64,000 bases of DNA from Camelus dromedarius (lineage: Eukaryota), in the NCBI RefSeq assembly GCF_036321535.1, contig NC_087436.1, forward strand, positions 96,474,001-96,538,000. Direction: 5' to 3'. Made by a program: the position numbers and the translations under genes. Of the stretch, positions 12,801-26,769 are shown piece after piece. Positions within the stretch are counted from its first letter, which is position 1, and the number at the start of each line of letters is the position of its first letter. Below the pieces are notes generated by a model. The model was not told the origin of the DNA. It was given only the letters and a program-made list of their open reading frames with translations, and ran no database searches.

Positions 12801-13514
12801 AAAAGAACATAAAAATTGCTTTTATCTGATATATGGCTTCTTTTAATATTTTAAAAGTTGGGTTTTTATGGCTTGGGAAATATAATATTCATCATTTATC
12901 TTTGTACTTAAATAACAAGCCATATTTAATCTAAATCAAGTCATTAATCTATGTATATTATATACTGCTACATGCTGAGATATGTAAGGGTGGTTTCCAT
13001 AAAGAACTAAACTCATAAACTCATTTATTCAGCTTTTTTTCCCTTTCAACTCAATAGTCCAGTTTCAAAATTGTGACCTTGAAAGAGGCAACATAGAGCA
13101 AAAAAAAAAAAGAAAGATTCCTGAAAATGTCACAAATAATTGTGCCATGTTATATAGTTGATAGTCTTTTTTTTTTTTTTTTGGATTGCTGTTCACATTT
13201 TGAAGATTGCATTTTCTCCATCAGTTTCCAAAACTACCAGTGGGAAAAAACTATTTCTACTGGCATTAAAAGCTCCCTTAAGAAGTGAATGGATGCTCAT
13301 CTATACCATGTGGGTATATCTTTTTAGACTGATCATCTTTATCCTTGAAATTGCATATAACTTTGTGCTGGAATCTGTGTCAGTCTTAACAAGTTGTTCA
13401 GATCTTAAATCAACTCTCAAATTTTTCTTTTGTTTAGAGATAATGGAGATGTTGCTTCAAATTCTCACTCAGGTTCATAAAAGATCTGCCCATAAACTTC
13501 AAAAATCCTAAACC

Positions 13515-14145
13515 CAGTAATCCCGCTCCTGGGCATATATCCAGAAGGAACCCTACTTCAAAAAGACACCTGCACCCCAATGTTCATAGCAGCACTATTT
13601 ACAATAGCCAAGACATGGAAACAGCCTAAATGTCCATCAATAGATGACTGGACAAAGAAGATGTGGTATATTTATACAATGGAGTACTATTCAGCCATAA
13701 AAACGACAACATAATGCCATTTGCAGCAACATGGATGTCCCTGGAGAATGTCATTCTAAGTGAAGTAAGCCAGAAAGAGAAAGAAAAATACCATATGAGA
13801 TTGCTCATATGTAGAATATGAAAAAAAAAAAAGAACATAAATACAAAGCAGAAACAGACTCACAGACATAGAATAAAAACTTGTGGTTGCCAAGAGGGTG
13901 GGGGGTGGTAAGGGACAGACTGAGATTTCAAAATTTGTAGATACTGATAGGCATATGCAGAATAGATAAACAAGATTATACTGTATAGCACAGGGAAATA
14001 TACACAAGATCTTGTGGTAGTTCACAGTGAAAAAAAATGTGACAATGACTATATGTATGTTCTTGTATAACTGAAAAATTATGCTCTACACTGGAATTTG
14101 ACACAACATTGTAAAATGACTATAACTCAATAAAAAAAAGTTAAA
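13515..14145 (+). mobile_element. Young 5'-truncated L1 (camelid-type 3'UTR)
   Basis: ORF2 end plus 3'UTR and aataaa/A-tail; perfect 14-bp TSD aaaaatcctaaacc at 13501-13514 and 14146-14159. Confidence 0.95.
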
Positions 14146-15354
14146 AAAAATCCTAAACCACCTCAGGTCTTACTAAGTGAAAATATATTTGATCACATTT
14201 ACCTATGTGAAGGGAAAAATTAACCAAATCAACTCTTATGAGGCTGTATTAAATCTTTCTGAATTGTTGTAAAAAGCATTAGTGAAAGATCAATTAGTAA
14301 CTAAAATCCGAAATAGACTTAGTTGATCAAGGGACCAAAAAAGCCTGAAAAATGAGATCTTATTATTTCTGTTTCTCAGGCATATCCTTAAGGCTGGCTC
14401 AAATTAATTAATCAACAATTCAACTAAACAGTTGTTATTCTACCTTAGAACAAGGAAACTCCATCCATCGATCACTCCAACATTATCAGGATACACTAAA
14501 TTACTCTCACTTTAAAAGTCTCTTAAGCATAGAATGTCAACAATTTTTATGCTAAGAAGTAATACTTCTTAGCTGAAATTTCATGGCTGGATTTTGATGA
14601 ATTTTGTGCATTTCTTGGTGTAATAATGTTGCCTCTCAGCATAATTCAATGTCTTCTGGCTTTTATAAGGTTGCCTATATCCTACAACTTTTGAACTGAG
14701 ATATCTATTTTATATTAAAATGATATGTTTACTATTCTACAGGGGTGCTGCAAAGGATAGAAAAGAAATTTGCACACCATTCCAATGCAGGCTGCTTTTA
14801 AGAAGCCACCTTAACTGACAATCATATTCCTGTGTATGTTGTCTTGAAGTTACTCAGTCAGAAATGTGTTTCATCAGTCACCTACCATTTCAACCTGTCT
14901 TTTCAGTATGAACTCTAGGCCAGTCAACTGTGAACACATTTAGTTATAGGCTCAATTTTTTATTGAAAATTACAGGATGCTATTCATATATTTGTCAAAT
15001 TGACTATTATCTGAAAATAGAGACTGAATATAAATCTGGAACTCTATTACAGTTACCTACTAAAAAATATCTATTCTTTCCACTTAGAATAATAGATCCT
15101 TAAAAATCCTAACACACGTATCCTACGGTATTTTTCAATGGCAGTCAGTCAATAATTTACTAAGTACCACTGTGTTTCTGTGTTTATTTTATAATACATT
15201 TTGATATTTTCATCTTAGATGAGAAAATGAAAGCCAAGATTTGTCATACTCACATAGGTTTTTTTTTTATTAGAAAATTCAGACTATACTGTCTTAAATC
15301 TTTCAACTCCCAACTCATTTGGCTTGTGTTTATATTGTTCAGAGGGTTTTGTTC

Positions 15355-16627
15355 TAGTCCTTTGATGCTCAAAGTTGGTTTGCAGCCCAGATACATCTTT
15401 CACCTGGAGCTTGTGAGAAATACTTACAAACTATCTATCTCATAATGAGTTAATATCCAAAATATATAAGGCACTTTATGACTTAATAGCAAAACAAACA
15501 AGCAAGCAATCTGATTAAAAATGAGCAGAGGTCCTGAGTAGATATTTTTCCCAAGAAGACATGCAAATTTCCAACAGTTACATGAAAAATGCTCAGCATC
15601 ACTAATCATCAGGTAAATGAAAATCAAACCAAAATGACACAGCACCTCATACTTCTAGGATCTCTATTATTAAAATAAAAAAAAAAACCCCAGAGATAAT
15701 AATTGTTGGTGAGAATGTGTAGGAAAGGGAACCCTTGTGCACTACTGGGGGAAATGTAAATTGCTACATCTACTATGGAGAACAATATGGAGTTTCCTAA
15801 AAAGATTAAAAACAGAACTACCATATGATCCTGCAGTTCCATTGTTGGGAATATATCTGCCGGAAATGAAATAACTATCTCGAAAAGATATCTGCACCCC
15901 GATGTTCATTGCAGAATTAATCACAATAACCAGGGCATGGAAACAACCTAAGTGTTTATTGATGGATGTATGGATAAAGAAGCTGTGGTATATCTATACA
16001 ATGGAATATTACTCAGCCTTTAAAAAGGAGACCCTGCCATTTATGAGAATATGGATGGACCTTGAGGGTATTATGCGAAGTGAAATAAGTAACACCGAAA
16101 AAGACAAATACTGTGTGATCTCACTTATATGTGGAGCATAAAAACACCAAATTCATAAGAGCAGAGAGTAGAGTGGTGATTGCCGGGGGCTAGGGGTGGA
16201 GGAAATGGGAAGATGTTTATCAAATGGTTCAAACTTCCAGTTAGAAGATGAGTAAGTTCTTGGTATCCAATGTACAGCGTGGTGACTATAGTTAAAAATA
16301 TTGTATTATATACAGTAATACAGAGTAAATGAGAGTAAATCTTAAATTATTTTCTCAACACACACTACACAGACATATACAGAGGTAAATACGTGAGGTG
16401 ATGAAGGCATGAACTAACCATATGATAGAAATCATTTCACAATAAATAGGTGTATCAAATCATCACATTGTATGCCTTAAACTTTTACACATTGTTATAC
16501 ATGAATTGTATCTCAATAAAGCTGAAAAATTAAAAGTAAAGGAAAAAAAAGAAATAACATATTTCAGACCTATGGAATCAGAATCTGCCATTTTTAACAG
16601 GTGATTGGTAAGTTTGAGAGGCACTGA
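15355..16627. mobile_element. MER5-type element split by an L1 (halves about 15355-15422 and 16550-16627)
   Basis: ctcaaagttgg...cacctggagcttgtgagaaata | cagacctatggaatcagaatctgc...agtttgagaggcactg. Confidence 0.7.
15423..16549 (+). mobile_element. L1MA-type 3' fragment
   Basis: ORF2 C-terminus (MFIAELITITRAWKQPKC...), 3'UTR, aataaa and A-tail; short TSD agaaata. Confidence 0.9.
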
Positions 16628-19600
16628 TACACATTGTATCAAGAAATTAGAAATTTTAAGTATAATTTCAGTATTGGAAGAAAGAGCTATTAAGGTATAA
16701 CTATTACATGATTAAACTGTTAAGTGAATAAAGAAAGAATTATTTACTTTTATCAGTTATTGGTTTATAAATAAATTGAAGTTTTTGCTTTGCTGATGAG
16801 CAATATTTCCTCAACAACAAAATAACTCATTAAGAATTAAGAAATATAACAAAAGACATTTTTACACACTACTAAATAATTGGCTTGGATTACTGTTGTT
16901 TCAATTAAATATTTATTTTGAAGAGTTGTATGTGAAATCTATCATTTGGAAAACCTATTATAAGATAATAAATGCTTTGCATCTTAAACATCAGATCTTA
17001 TCATTATTTCCCTGGTATATGGGCATGGTAGATGCCATTATCCAAATTTTATAGGTGAAGAAAATAAGTCAAAGAATTTAACCCATTACCCAGTATAGTG
17101 TGATGTGTTTGTTGGGCCTGCTCATTTGCCAGTGATGGAAACTCAACTCAAGCCAGCATAAACATAACTGAAAATACTGGAATGTTTGGATTCAGAATAT
17201 AGCAGATATGAAGGATGCTTAGCTCAAGACATATCTTACTAGCTTTACATCCTCAATAGAAAAAGTAAAACTTGCCCTCTCCTTTGAGGTTCTGGTAAAA
17301 AATCTTGGCCAAGTGCTCTCCCTGGCTCATTTTGAGTTACTGTGGTTAGAGGGATAGGATAAGCTGATTAAACAGGATCATGTGACCACTTGAGTGGCCA
17401 AGAGAAGAGGATTAAAGAAATAACAGGATCAATATCAGTGCCTATAAAGGTTCCTAAAACAAGGAAGAGGTCACCCCTGGAAAGAAGGCTTCTGGTTTTA
17501 GAAGGGTAAAAAAAAATCAATATGATGGTGAGTGAACTGGATCAAGATCATAAACTGAAGAGTTTTGATTTCTCTTTTCAATTACACTTTACAGAAGCAC
17601 TGATGCAGTAGTTTTCTTTGGTTTTGGTGATGGGATGAAATCATATTGAAATTTCCTGGAGGAGTATTTAAGCATACACTCAGCTGCATAGGGCCCAAGA
17701 CTGCTGTAGTAAGAGTGTTGGGTGAGAGTGGGTGGGACAAGGTAAGGGTAGAATCCAAGGTTTCAAGAGAGGTCTATCCATACTTACATATTTTAATTTA
17801 TTCAAAAATGTTCTCTAAATGATCAATAAATGCAAAAGCAAAATGAATCTTGCTTTTAATAATACGTTGCTTTTTATTTTAAAGAAAATAAATGTGGGTC
17901 ATATTCTTTTTTTTTTTTTTTTTTGGTAACCACACCTGTGGAAAGCCCATCTGTTCAGATTAAGAATTCATGTTAGTATGGCAGGCAGCAGGTGGGGCCT
18001 TAGTTGAGAAAAAATAAATAGCCCTTCAGCATTTGCCTTGAAGAACCTTGCAAGCAACACATCATTAAAACTCAGATCAACTGTTTGCCACATTTCTTTA
18101 ATGCTCCTAGTATGTATGATGATCAACATTAATGATTAAAATGAGAATCACCAATCTTGAGGTTATCAATTACTAAGGTCATTTTAGCCACATTTATAGG
18201 AATAAATGAGAGAAAAATATCAATCATTGCTATCTTGCTTAAGTAATTTGTTTACCACATGCATCTAAGGTTTGGGCTATCGTAAGTTTTCAAGCCCTTA
18301 TGAAAAGATACCAATTTTCTCAATCCGTCATTAAATGTGTATTAATGCATTCTTTATCTCTTGTTTAATGGTCCTTAAGTTCTAAAGTATTCTTCACTTT
18401 TGGATCTTTTTTTGTATAAATTTTTTTATTTAAATCTCTCCTTTTAATCTCTACAGGTAATAGCTAATGATCATTGTTAATTTCTTTCAATGTAACATAA
18501 TCAATTCTAATTCCAGTGTTTGTAACTACTATATCCATATTAATACCATGTTTCTTATCCTTATCTCTAAATCCCCTGCCCTTTCTAATATCTGCTCCTC
18601 TATATAACCATTCCCTTTTTCAACAAAGTGCTTGATGAAATACGAATCTCTAATCATTTAGGTCATAGAAAAATCCCCTAAGGTCTTTTCAACCCAAGTT
18701 TCTTTTTAACTTGAACACTGAAATCCTCTCTTATGTAGTACAAATAGAGTCACTTCAAAAGCCGTTTCATTTTTCTAGAAAACGAGTAAACCTCATTATA
18801 CTTAGATGCCATCTTGTTCAAAGCTTTTAGTGCTCTGTTTAAGGCATGTTACTACAGTGCTAGGATGAGACTGACCACATGCAAAGATATTTACAGCATG
18901 TGAGTAGGCTGTGAAATGCAGTCACCTTGGGCAGCATAGCCAGAATGTGAAAAGAAGTGTACTAAAATTAAGATGTTCCCTTTCTGTTCCTTGATTGCAA
19001 CTCTTTTCAACTTCACACTCCCTGAAAATCAAAGCCTACTATTAAAGTCTTATAGAAATAAGTCCTCTTTTTCAAGTGCCTAATAAAAACTGAAACTGAA
19101 TTTAATTGATACCTCTCAATTAAGCTGTGTTTCCATTTTCAACATTAGCAACAAAAAGACTATTTAAAAAGGAATCAAAATCCCAAATTCTGCACTTAAT
19201 CTCCCATTGCTAAATTTAAGAAGCTTTATGTGGCATGGGAATGAAATATGCCTATGTATTTATAAGATATTTTAAGCACAAACCAAGCCATCTGTCCATC
19301 TTTGAGTCTCCCCACTTTTCATGCTATTCTTTCTATCTTTAGTAGCTCTTCCTTTTAGCTTTAAAGCAATACACAGGTTTAAGAAAAATAGACACATAAG
19401 CTCATTTGTTGCCAAAATCTATGTATATATCATTTATGTTTGTAAAATGCTTATTTCTATATACATACCAGTGTATTACTATGGATACACAGAAAAAGCA
19501 TTGGGACAATAATCACCAGGTTATTTAACTAAGTGAGGAGGAGTGGGATGGGTTGGTGTAGGGGGCAGGGTATGAAGACAGACTTTTAGATATACATGTT

Positions 19601-21834
19601 CTATTTTCTTTTTTTACATTACCCAAGAAACATTCTTATGTGTAACTTGTGTGAGTATTTTACAAAAGTAAATGCACTTTCAAACTACTGCTTCCAACTG
19701 ATAGAGAATTTTGGGAGAAGGGTGAAATCCCAGTTCCTTCGTCACTGACATTCTACCCTTCCAAGCATCTGAGTGAAAAGAGGTGAGTTTCAAATAAGAT
19801 AGAGTAGCAAGCAACATTAAAAGCATAGAGAAGTAGAATAAGTTGGAGAGTGGAAAAGAGACCTTCCTTAGGTTATAAGAATTGATGGGAGATGTCCAAG
19901 AAAACATTTTCAGTAGCGTAGCAAGGGTAGAAATCAGAAGTTGGAGTAAGCAATAGGTTAAAAATGTTAAATTTATTCAGCTGAGTGTGAACTACCTTTT
20001 AAAGACATTAATACTTCAGGAAATGAGAGAAACAGAATCAGAGCTCAAAAGAATAATAGAGAAGGAAAGATTTTTGTTGTGGGAGCAGAGACTTAATTAT
20101 GTGGTGGTCTGAGAAGAGTAAGAATATACTGGAATCTCATAGAAATATAAGAAGATGGGTACTTGATGTAACAAACTCTAGGAGGAGACCTTGAAGTGCC
20201 AGGGAAGAATTTTTAAAACATGTCTGTTAATCTCAAGCTCAGAGAAGAGGGTGCCACAGTCACTTGCAGTCGAGCAGACAGTAGAACACATTAAAAACGG
20301 CAATAATCGTTAATTTTATTGAAAGACTGAAATCTTCACTCAGTAAAAATAAATTTGGTCAAGTAAACAATGGCCTTTTTACCAAAAAAAAGGATTTACA
20401 AACATAATTTTTTATATAAAGGAACTCCATTAGTAAAGAAGAGCCATCGTAATGATTTATTTTTTTAAGAACTTCTTTTGTGTCTGCCTCAGCAATAATG
20501 CAGCAATGATCAGATGCTCTAACCAATCCTTGTAGCCTAGTTAACTTCTCAGTTCCTCCTAGCATGTGATGATGAAATCTCACAGGGAGAACTGTGCTAC
20601 TTTTTAATAAAAACTACCTGGACAGCAGTTAACTGGAGCATTAACCTGTTTTGGAGAAAAATAAATCTGCTGACATTTGCATGTCTTCGGAAATTGAATG
20701 ACCAGAAGAAAAATACAAGTGACACTTCTAAATTTAGAGAAGAAAGATAAATTAAGGACCCAAATAGATGCACTCATGTGAAATTACATATATATAATTT
20801 ATAGGGTACCTACAACATGCAAGATGCCACAATGGTTTTGGAGGTAAATAAAAGAAGCTTAGGTATTTGAAGATCATTAATATGGTTTTTTAATATATTT
20901 AGGAGTATATATGTAAACTTTCAAAGATCTCGCATATAACTATAAAAGTACTATATAATCTTGCTATAAAATTTTTAAATGATCACTAAATAAATTTTGG
21001 AAAAGACAGAAAAGTATACAGTGGAAAACTAAAATCAGCTTTAAGTCCTCCACTTAGAAATGGTCACTAAATAGTATTTTGGTGTATTTACTTACACTCT
21101 TTTTTTTTCCCATGTATTGCTTTTTTTACATGGTAAATATCTTACTATTTCCGTTACATGGATTCCTAGGACTGGAATTACTGAACTGAAGAGTACAGAG
21201 GTTTTAAGACTCTGGAAACATTACTAAATTGATTTCAAGGAAGGTTGTTTCCGTTCATGTTCATTTGTCTGCATTAGTATGTCTTTAAATATCTTCACTA
21301 ATCTACTAGATTAAAAATTCAGTCTCATTGTTTTAATTTTCCTTTCCTTATTAATTTGAACAGCCTACATTCATTGAAAAACTACTATGTGCTGGGCACT
21401 ATTCAAGGCCCTATTTAGACAAAAATGTGACTATGGCAGCCTCTTCATAGAGATCAAAATAGAGAAAAACCCTCACATAGGAGACAGCTGGATACATGCT
21501 CTGATGATGCACAGTGCAGACCCTAAGCAAAAAGGAAGGAGTGTTTAATATTTCTCGGAGAAATGTGATAAATGGATTTTTTTCTTCCCTGAACACAACT
21601 CTATGAAGGAACGTTAGCATTTTCATTTTATAGATGAAGAAACAAATTTAAAGAGGTAATGATTTACTTTGGATGATAAATTCAGCAAACCATAGAGAGC
21701 AAATTAGGATGTATGTCTCTCTCACATCAAAGCTCCTACATCTTATCTTCCTGCATGCTTTCTATGTGGCTCCCAAGAAGCTTGTATCTATTATAAGTTT
21801 CTTTTTTCATTTGTTTAAAAAGTATTTAAATTCT

Positions 21835-21887
21835 TTCTTCCCTCCTTCCTTCCTTCCTCTCTTCCTTCCTTCCTCTTTCTTTCTTTC

Positions 21888-21955
<68 letters not shown>

Positions 21956-22032
21956 TCCTTTCTTTCTTTCTTCTTTCTCTTTCTCTTTCTTTCTCTCTTT
22001 CTCTCTTCCTTCCTTCCTTCCTTTCTTTCTTT

Positions 22033-22112
<80 letters not shown>

Positions 22113-22260
22113 TTCTTTTTTCTTTCTTTCTTTCTCTCTTTCTCTCTTCCTTCCTTCCTTTCTTTCTTTTTCTTTCTTTGTTTTTCTTTTTCTTTTCTTT
22201 CCCTCTCCCTCCCTCCCTCCCTCTCTCTCCCTCCCTCCCTTCCCTCCTTCCTTCCTTTCT
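21835..22260. repeat. About 425-bp polypyrimidine tract (TTTC)n/(TTCC)n/(TCCC)n
   Basis: Direct reading; almost no purines on the + strand. Confidence 0.97.
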
Positions 22261-22334
22261 AAATTTAACCTGCAAATCCTAGCTTAATTCAGAGATCAAT
22301 TTGATTTTTCTAGTCCTGTTTGAAGCTAGTTCTG

Positions 22335-22470
22335 AGTAGTACACAGAGGACATCAGGTTCAACCTGCTTTTATTTCAGATGAGGAGACTGAAGGTCAGAG
22401 AAGTGGGTCCCACAGTTACTTGCAGTAGAGCAGACAGTTGAGCACACATTTCCTGAATTCTAATACACTG
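22335..22470 (-). mobile_element. MIR SINE
   Basis: tttcagatgaggagactgaaggtcagagaag. Confidence 0.7.
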
Positions 22471-22859
22471 GCCTCCCTCCATACCACACTTCCCTTGGTG
22501 TTTAAATTTTGGCTCAATGAAATCTGAGGTTTGAAATTCAAGTCCAGTGCAATATTTTAAAATTTGTGGGTCAGCATCCACTTTTGTTCATGTTCTTGCT
22601 CTGTGTTGGCTGAATCATGCAGAGACATTCATATAGTCTGCCCTGTCCCTCCACAGGGGAGGGAGAAAACTGAACATTTGGGTTTCTACTGACTATATGC
22701 TAGACACTTAGGTTCTTTACACCATGAAATCCTCACAACAACTCTTTGTTATTTTAATCTCCAAGGCACAGATAGGAGCACAGAAGAAAATGTACAGAGG
22801 GCTTAAAGAATGTTCTTAAGTTAAATTGGTTTTTGTGGGTGTTTTGGGGGGGAGTGAAT

Positions 22860-23281
22860 CTTTTTTTTATTGGAGTATAGTTGATAAACAATGTTGTGTT
22901 AGTTTCAGGAATACAGCAAAGTGATTCATATATATATATATTCTTTTTAAGATTCTTTTCCATTATAGGTTATTATAAGATATTAAATACAGTTCCATGT
23001 GCTATATAGTAGGTCTTTGTTCTTTATCTATTTCATATACAGTAATGTGTATCTGTTAATCCCAAACTCCCAATTTATCCCTCCCCCACTTTTCCCCTTT
23101 GGTGACCCGAAGTTTGTTTTCTATGTCTGTGAGCCTGTTTCTGCTTTGTAAATAAGTTCATTTGTATCATATTTTAGATTCCACATATAAGTGATATCCT
23201 ATGTTATCTGTCTTTCTCTGTCTGACTTATTTCACTTATTATGATAATCTCTAGGTCCATCCATGTTGCTGTAAATGGCAG
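22860..23281 (-). mobile_element. L1 3'UTR fragment (Cetartiodactyla-type)
   Basis: ttttattggagtatagttgataaacaatgttgtgttagtttcagg...ctctaggtccatccatgttgctgtaaatggca. Confidence 0.9.
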
Positions 23282-23559
23282 TACTACTAAGCAGAACAGG
23301 GAGGGTTGGATCTCAAGGCTGATACCAAAACCTCTGCCCTTCCCACTGAATCCCACAGCTTCCAAATCCTCATCAAACATTGATGAAATCTTGAGTACTG
23401 GACAAATACGATTATCTGCCATAAATGAAAACTTCTGCTTCATTTCCTGCCATTACTGAATCCAATTCCCTGCCTCCACCATTCTCAGCCCCAAGCGTAT
23501 GGAACTTACTTCAGTTCTTGCAATAAGCAATGGTGTCTTTTGCTCAGGACTCCAACAGT

Positions 23560-23810
23560 AATAGTGCAAAATACTGATTAAACATGAGGATTCTATGGCC
23601 AGATTATCTGGGCTCAAGTGTATATTCAACTACTTATATGCTGTATCATCTTAGGCAAGATCCATAAACTCACTGTTCCTCAGTTTTCCTATATGGAAAA
23701 TGGAATTAATAATAGTGTGTACCTCACTGGGTTGTTGTGAAAATGAGGTGAAATCATGTATGTAAAGCACTTAGCACAGGTCTTAGCACAACATTCAATA
23801 AACATTGGTG
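23560..23810 (+). mobile_element. MIR SINE, near full length
   Basis: cttaggcaag...cctcagttttcctatatggaaaatggaattaataatag...gtaaagcacttagcacag. Confidence 0.85.
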
Positions 23811-23819
23811 ATTTTTCAC

Positions 23820-24130
23820 TATTTCCTCTGCACTTGTTCATGTTCTATCTGCCTGAAACACTCTTTTTTTATTACCCCATTTGTCTAGCTATTTTCTATA
23901 CATTCTCCAAGTCTCAATTTCAGTGACCCTTCCCCAGAGAAACCCTCCCTGACTGATAAGCAATTATCCACTTCTCCAGCATGGTCATTAGACGCCTGCA
24001 TTTCTCTATCAAAGAACATACATGCTATATTAAACTCTTGTCTATACCTCTCACTAAGTTCTTTGGAGGTAAGGACTGTGTCTTTCTTGTACACTGTTCT
24101 ACTTCCATCATTAAATACCAGTTGAGACAT
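23820..24130 (+). mobile_element. L2 3' fragment
   Basis: ccttccccagagaaaccctccctgac...taagttctttggaggtaaggactgtgtctttcttgtacactg. Confidence 0.7.
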
Positions 24131-24597
24131 AGAGTAGGTAGGCACATTCCTGGGCAAGTAACAGAATTGCACTTCAGTATTTTAGCATGGACTTTGGGAG
24201 TTGTTCCCTTTCAGGGAAGGCTAATGGCATGAAGAACAACAGGAAAGATGGCTCTCCTGACTTCCTGAAGGGACAGCTGTTAGGCAGGGCCAGGATGCCC
24301 CATTGTGAGTCACACAGGGTTTTGCTGCTAGCAAATAAACGGATAATGGCTATGCAGTTGTGAGGTTCAGTAATGAGCAGTTTAGGGAGAGAAAAATAAA
24401 GGAAATAAATGGCTCCAGAAGCATACTGAGATGCAATAGTGAAAAAAAAAAAGAGATCACCTGAAAAGTGGCCAGCTGCCAGGATGACTTCCACAGCTTG
24501 CTGGGAAGTCCCTGCACCTTCACTCTGCAGCTTGGTGCACTCGGGTGCCTCCCTTTTCTCTCAGCCTGGGAGTAACAGTCACTACTTTGATAGCTCA

Positions 24598-25088
24598 TGT
24601 ATGCATTTACATTGCTGCTGTAACAAATTACCACAAATGTGGTGTCTTAAATAATACACATTTATTATCTTACAGTTTTTTATGTCAAAGTCCAACATGG
24701 GTCTCACTGGGCTAAAATTCAGGGCTGCATACCTTTCTGGAGGCTCTAGGGCACAATCCTTTTTTTTTTTCCCGCCTTTTTCAGCTTCTAGAGGCCGCCC
24801 ACATTCCGTGGCTCATGGCCCTCTTCTTTCATTTTCAAAGTCAGCAACGCCAGATGGAGTCCTTCTCATACTGCCGTATCTCCAGTTCTGGGCAGCCTGG
24901 AAAGGTTCTCCACTTTAAGGGATTCATGTGGTTACACTGGACATACCTGTATTCTCCAAGATAACCATTCCCTTCTTTATAATCACATATGCAACATCCC
25001 ATTTGCCATGTAAAGTAACATAATCACAAGTTCTGGGGATTAGGGAATGGACATCTTTGTGGGGGAGGCCATTATTCTGTCACTACCA
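24598..25088 (-). mobile_element. MLT1C/D-like MaLR solo LTR
   Basis: ttgctgctgtaacaaattaccacaaa...ctttctggaggctctaggg...gttctggggattagg...attctgtcactacca. Confidence 0.9.
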
Positions 25089-25151
25089 GTAGTTCTATCT
25101 CTTTGTTAATCACTGAGACTGTCCTGAACTAAGTCACTAGAAATGCCCTGT

Positions 25152-25620
25152 TGTGCTTGGCACAGTTTTGCAGGTGTTGGGGTATACTGCCCACATTCTC
25201 CCTGCGTGATTCAGGCATCCACACCTCCCACTGCTGGGAATGCTGACGGTGATTGTGACTTCATACAGCTAGGTCTCTCTTTAGGAATTGCCATCTGCTG
25301 AAGGGAACTACCACACCTAACATCACAGCTCCTTGTGAGGGACAGCCTGCATCTACTGACTTGTCATAGGAGTAGTCGCGAAAACCCAGCTGCTCTGCTT
25401 CACTGTGGGACAACTCTGAGGGCCCTTCTAGCTCCAGCATCCCCTACCTGCTTTCCTGCCCCTGTGGGGTCCCTGTGACTTCACCTCAGGTAAGTGTCTC
25501 CTTTCTCACCCCAGTGCCCTCATTTCCCCACAGGGGTTGATCCCAGAATCATTTCCTGGTACACCTTGTGCATGCAAATCACTACCTCAGAGTCTGTTTC
25601 CAGGGAAGCTTTCTGCAATG
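25152..25620 (+). mobile_element. LTR16-like ERVL solo LTR
   Basis: gggacaactctgagggcccttctagctccag...ggggttgatcccag...catgcaaatc...ctcagagtctgtttccagggaa. Confidence 0.8.
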
Positions 25621-25782
25621 TTCTGTGATAGACAATATGTAGATTGCTACAAACATTTGGAGCATTCCTAAGTTTGAATACAAATAGGAATGAAGAAAAC
25701 TTTTCAACAGTTCATTCTCTCATTAATGAAGAAAAAATCACCTTCCTGGTTTGCATCCACTAACAGCTATGAGTCTCAAATA

Positions 25783-26614
25783 TAGTTGATCCTCATTATT
25801 CACAAATTTCCTACTTGCAAACTTGCCTTCTCACTAAAATTTATTTGTAACCCCCTAAATTTGAATTGCCTGATTTGTGTGTTCCCAGTTGAGGTTTAAT
25901 AAGGTGATATTCTGCCTTCTTATTTCAGCTCTCACACTGAAAACAAGCATTCTTTTTGTGTGGTCTATTTAGTGCCACATTTTTAGCATTTTTTTGTCTT
26001 TCCTGTTGGTGATCTTGCTCTTTAAAATGGTCCCCAAATATAGTGCTGAAGTGCTGCTTAGTGTTTCTAAGTGCAAGAAGGCTATTGCAGGTGTTGGGGT
26101 ATACTGCCCACATTCTTAGTGGGGAAAATACCTGCATTTAATAAGCTTTGTTCAGATAAAGGTACTGTGCTGTTGTGAGTTCAATATTATTGACATAGCA
26201 ATACAGATAACCCTTGAACAACATGGGTTTGAAATGCATGAGTACATTATGTACAGGTTTTTTTCCATAATAAATACTACAGTACTATGAGATCCCTAGT
26301 TGGTTGGTTCTGTGGATGTAGAACTGTGGATACGGAGAGCCAACTATGGGTATAGAGCATCCTTAGATTTTGGTATCTCTGCCAGGTCCTGGAACCAATC
26401 CCCTGCAGGTACCAAGGGATGATTATATATTTAAAAAGGAGTCTTTAAACAGAAATATACATAAAGCAAGGTTATGTGTTGATTAGTTGATGACAATGTT
26501 GTGATCAGAAGCTTACGGGAACCTAAACTTTATCTCCTCTGGAAGCAATTCTCTAATTCAGTGTTCATGGTGACTTCCTAAAACATAATTACCACGAATA
26601 AAAAGAATTTACTA
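25783..26614 (-). mobile_element. MER82-like TcMar-Tigger element
   Basis: Degenerate terminal inverted repeats tagttgatcctcattattcac / acgaataaaaagaatttacta flanked by TA; internal sequence resembles recalled MER82. Confidence 0.75.
26204..26425 (+). mobile_element. Tigger2/MER2-like MITE nested in the MER82-like element
   Basis: ta|cagataacccttgaacaacatgggtttgaa...ggtcctggaaccaatcccctgcaggtaccaagggatgat, TA flanks. Confidence 0.8.
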
Positions 26615-26769
26615 TATTTCATATATATACACAAACACATATAAATGCATTTTTCCCCTTCATACTAGTAAGTGCTTTAAATGTGCTTGTTTTGTTGTCC
26701 TGCACTTTATGGACATCCTATGTGTCTTGAGTAAGTGTTGTAATCTTATGTGCCTGGAAGCAAGGGAAA

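Noticed and set aside
13158..13511. 117-aa hydrophobic ORF
   Set aside because: Non-ATG start next to a poly-T run, no recognisable homology, and composition expected of AT-rich DNA.
9501..16141. ORFs with L1 ORF2 motifs as functional CDS
   Set aside because: They are short pieces of truncated, mutated L1 copies.
21673..22287. Longest ORFs (204 aa on +, 149 aa on -)
   Set aside because: They are translations of the stop-free (TTTC)n tract.
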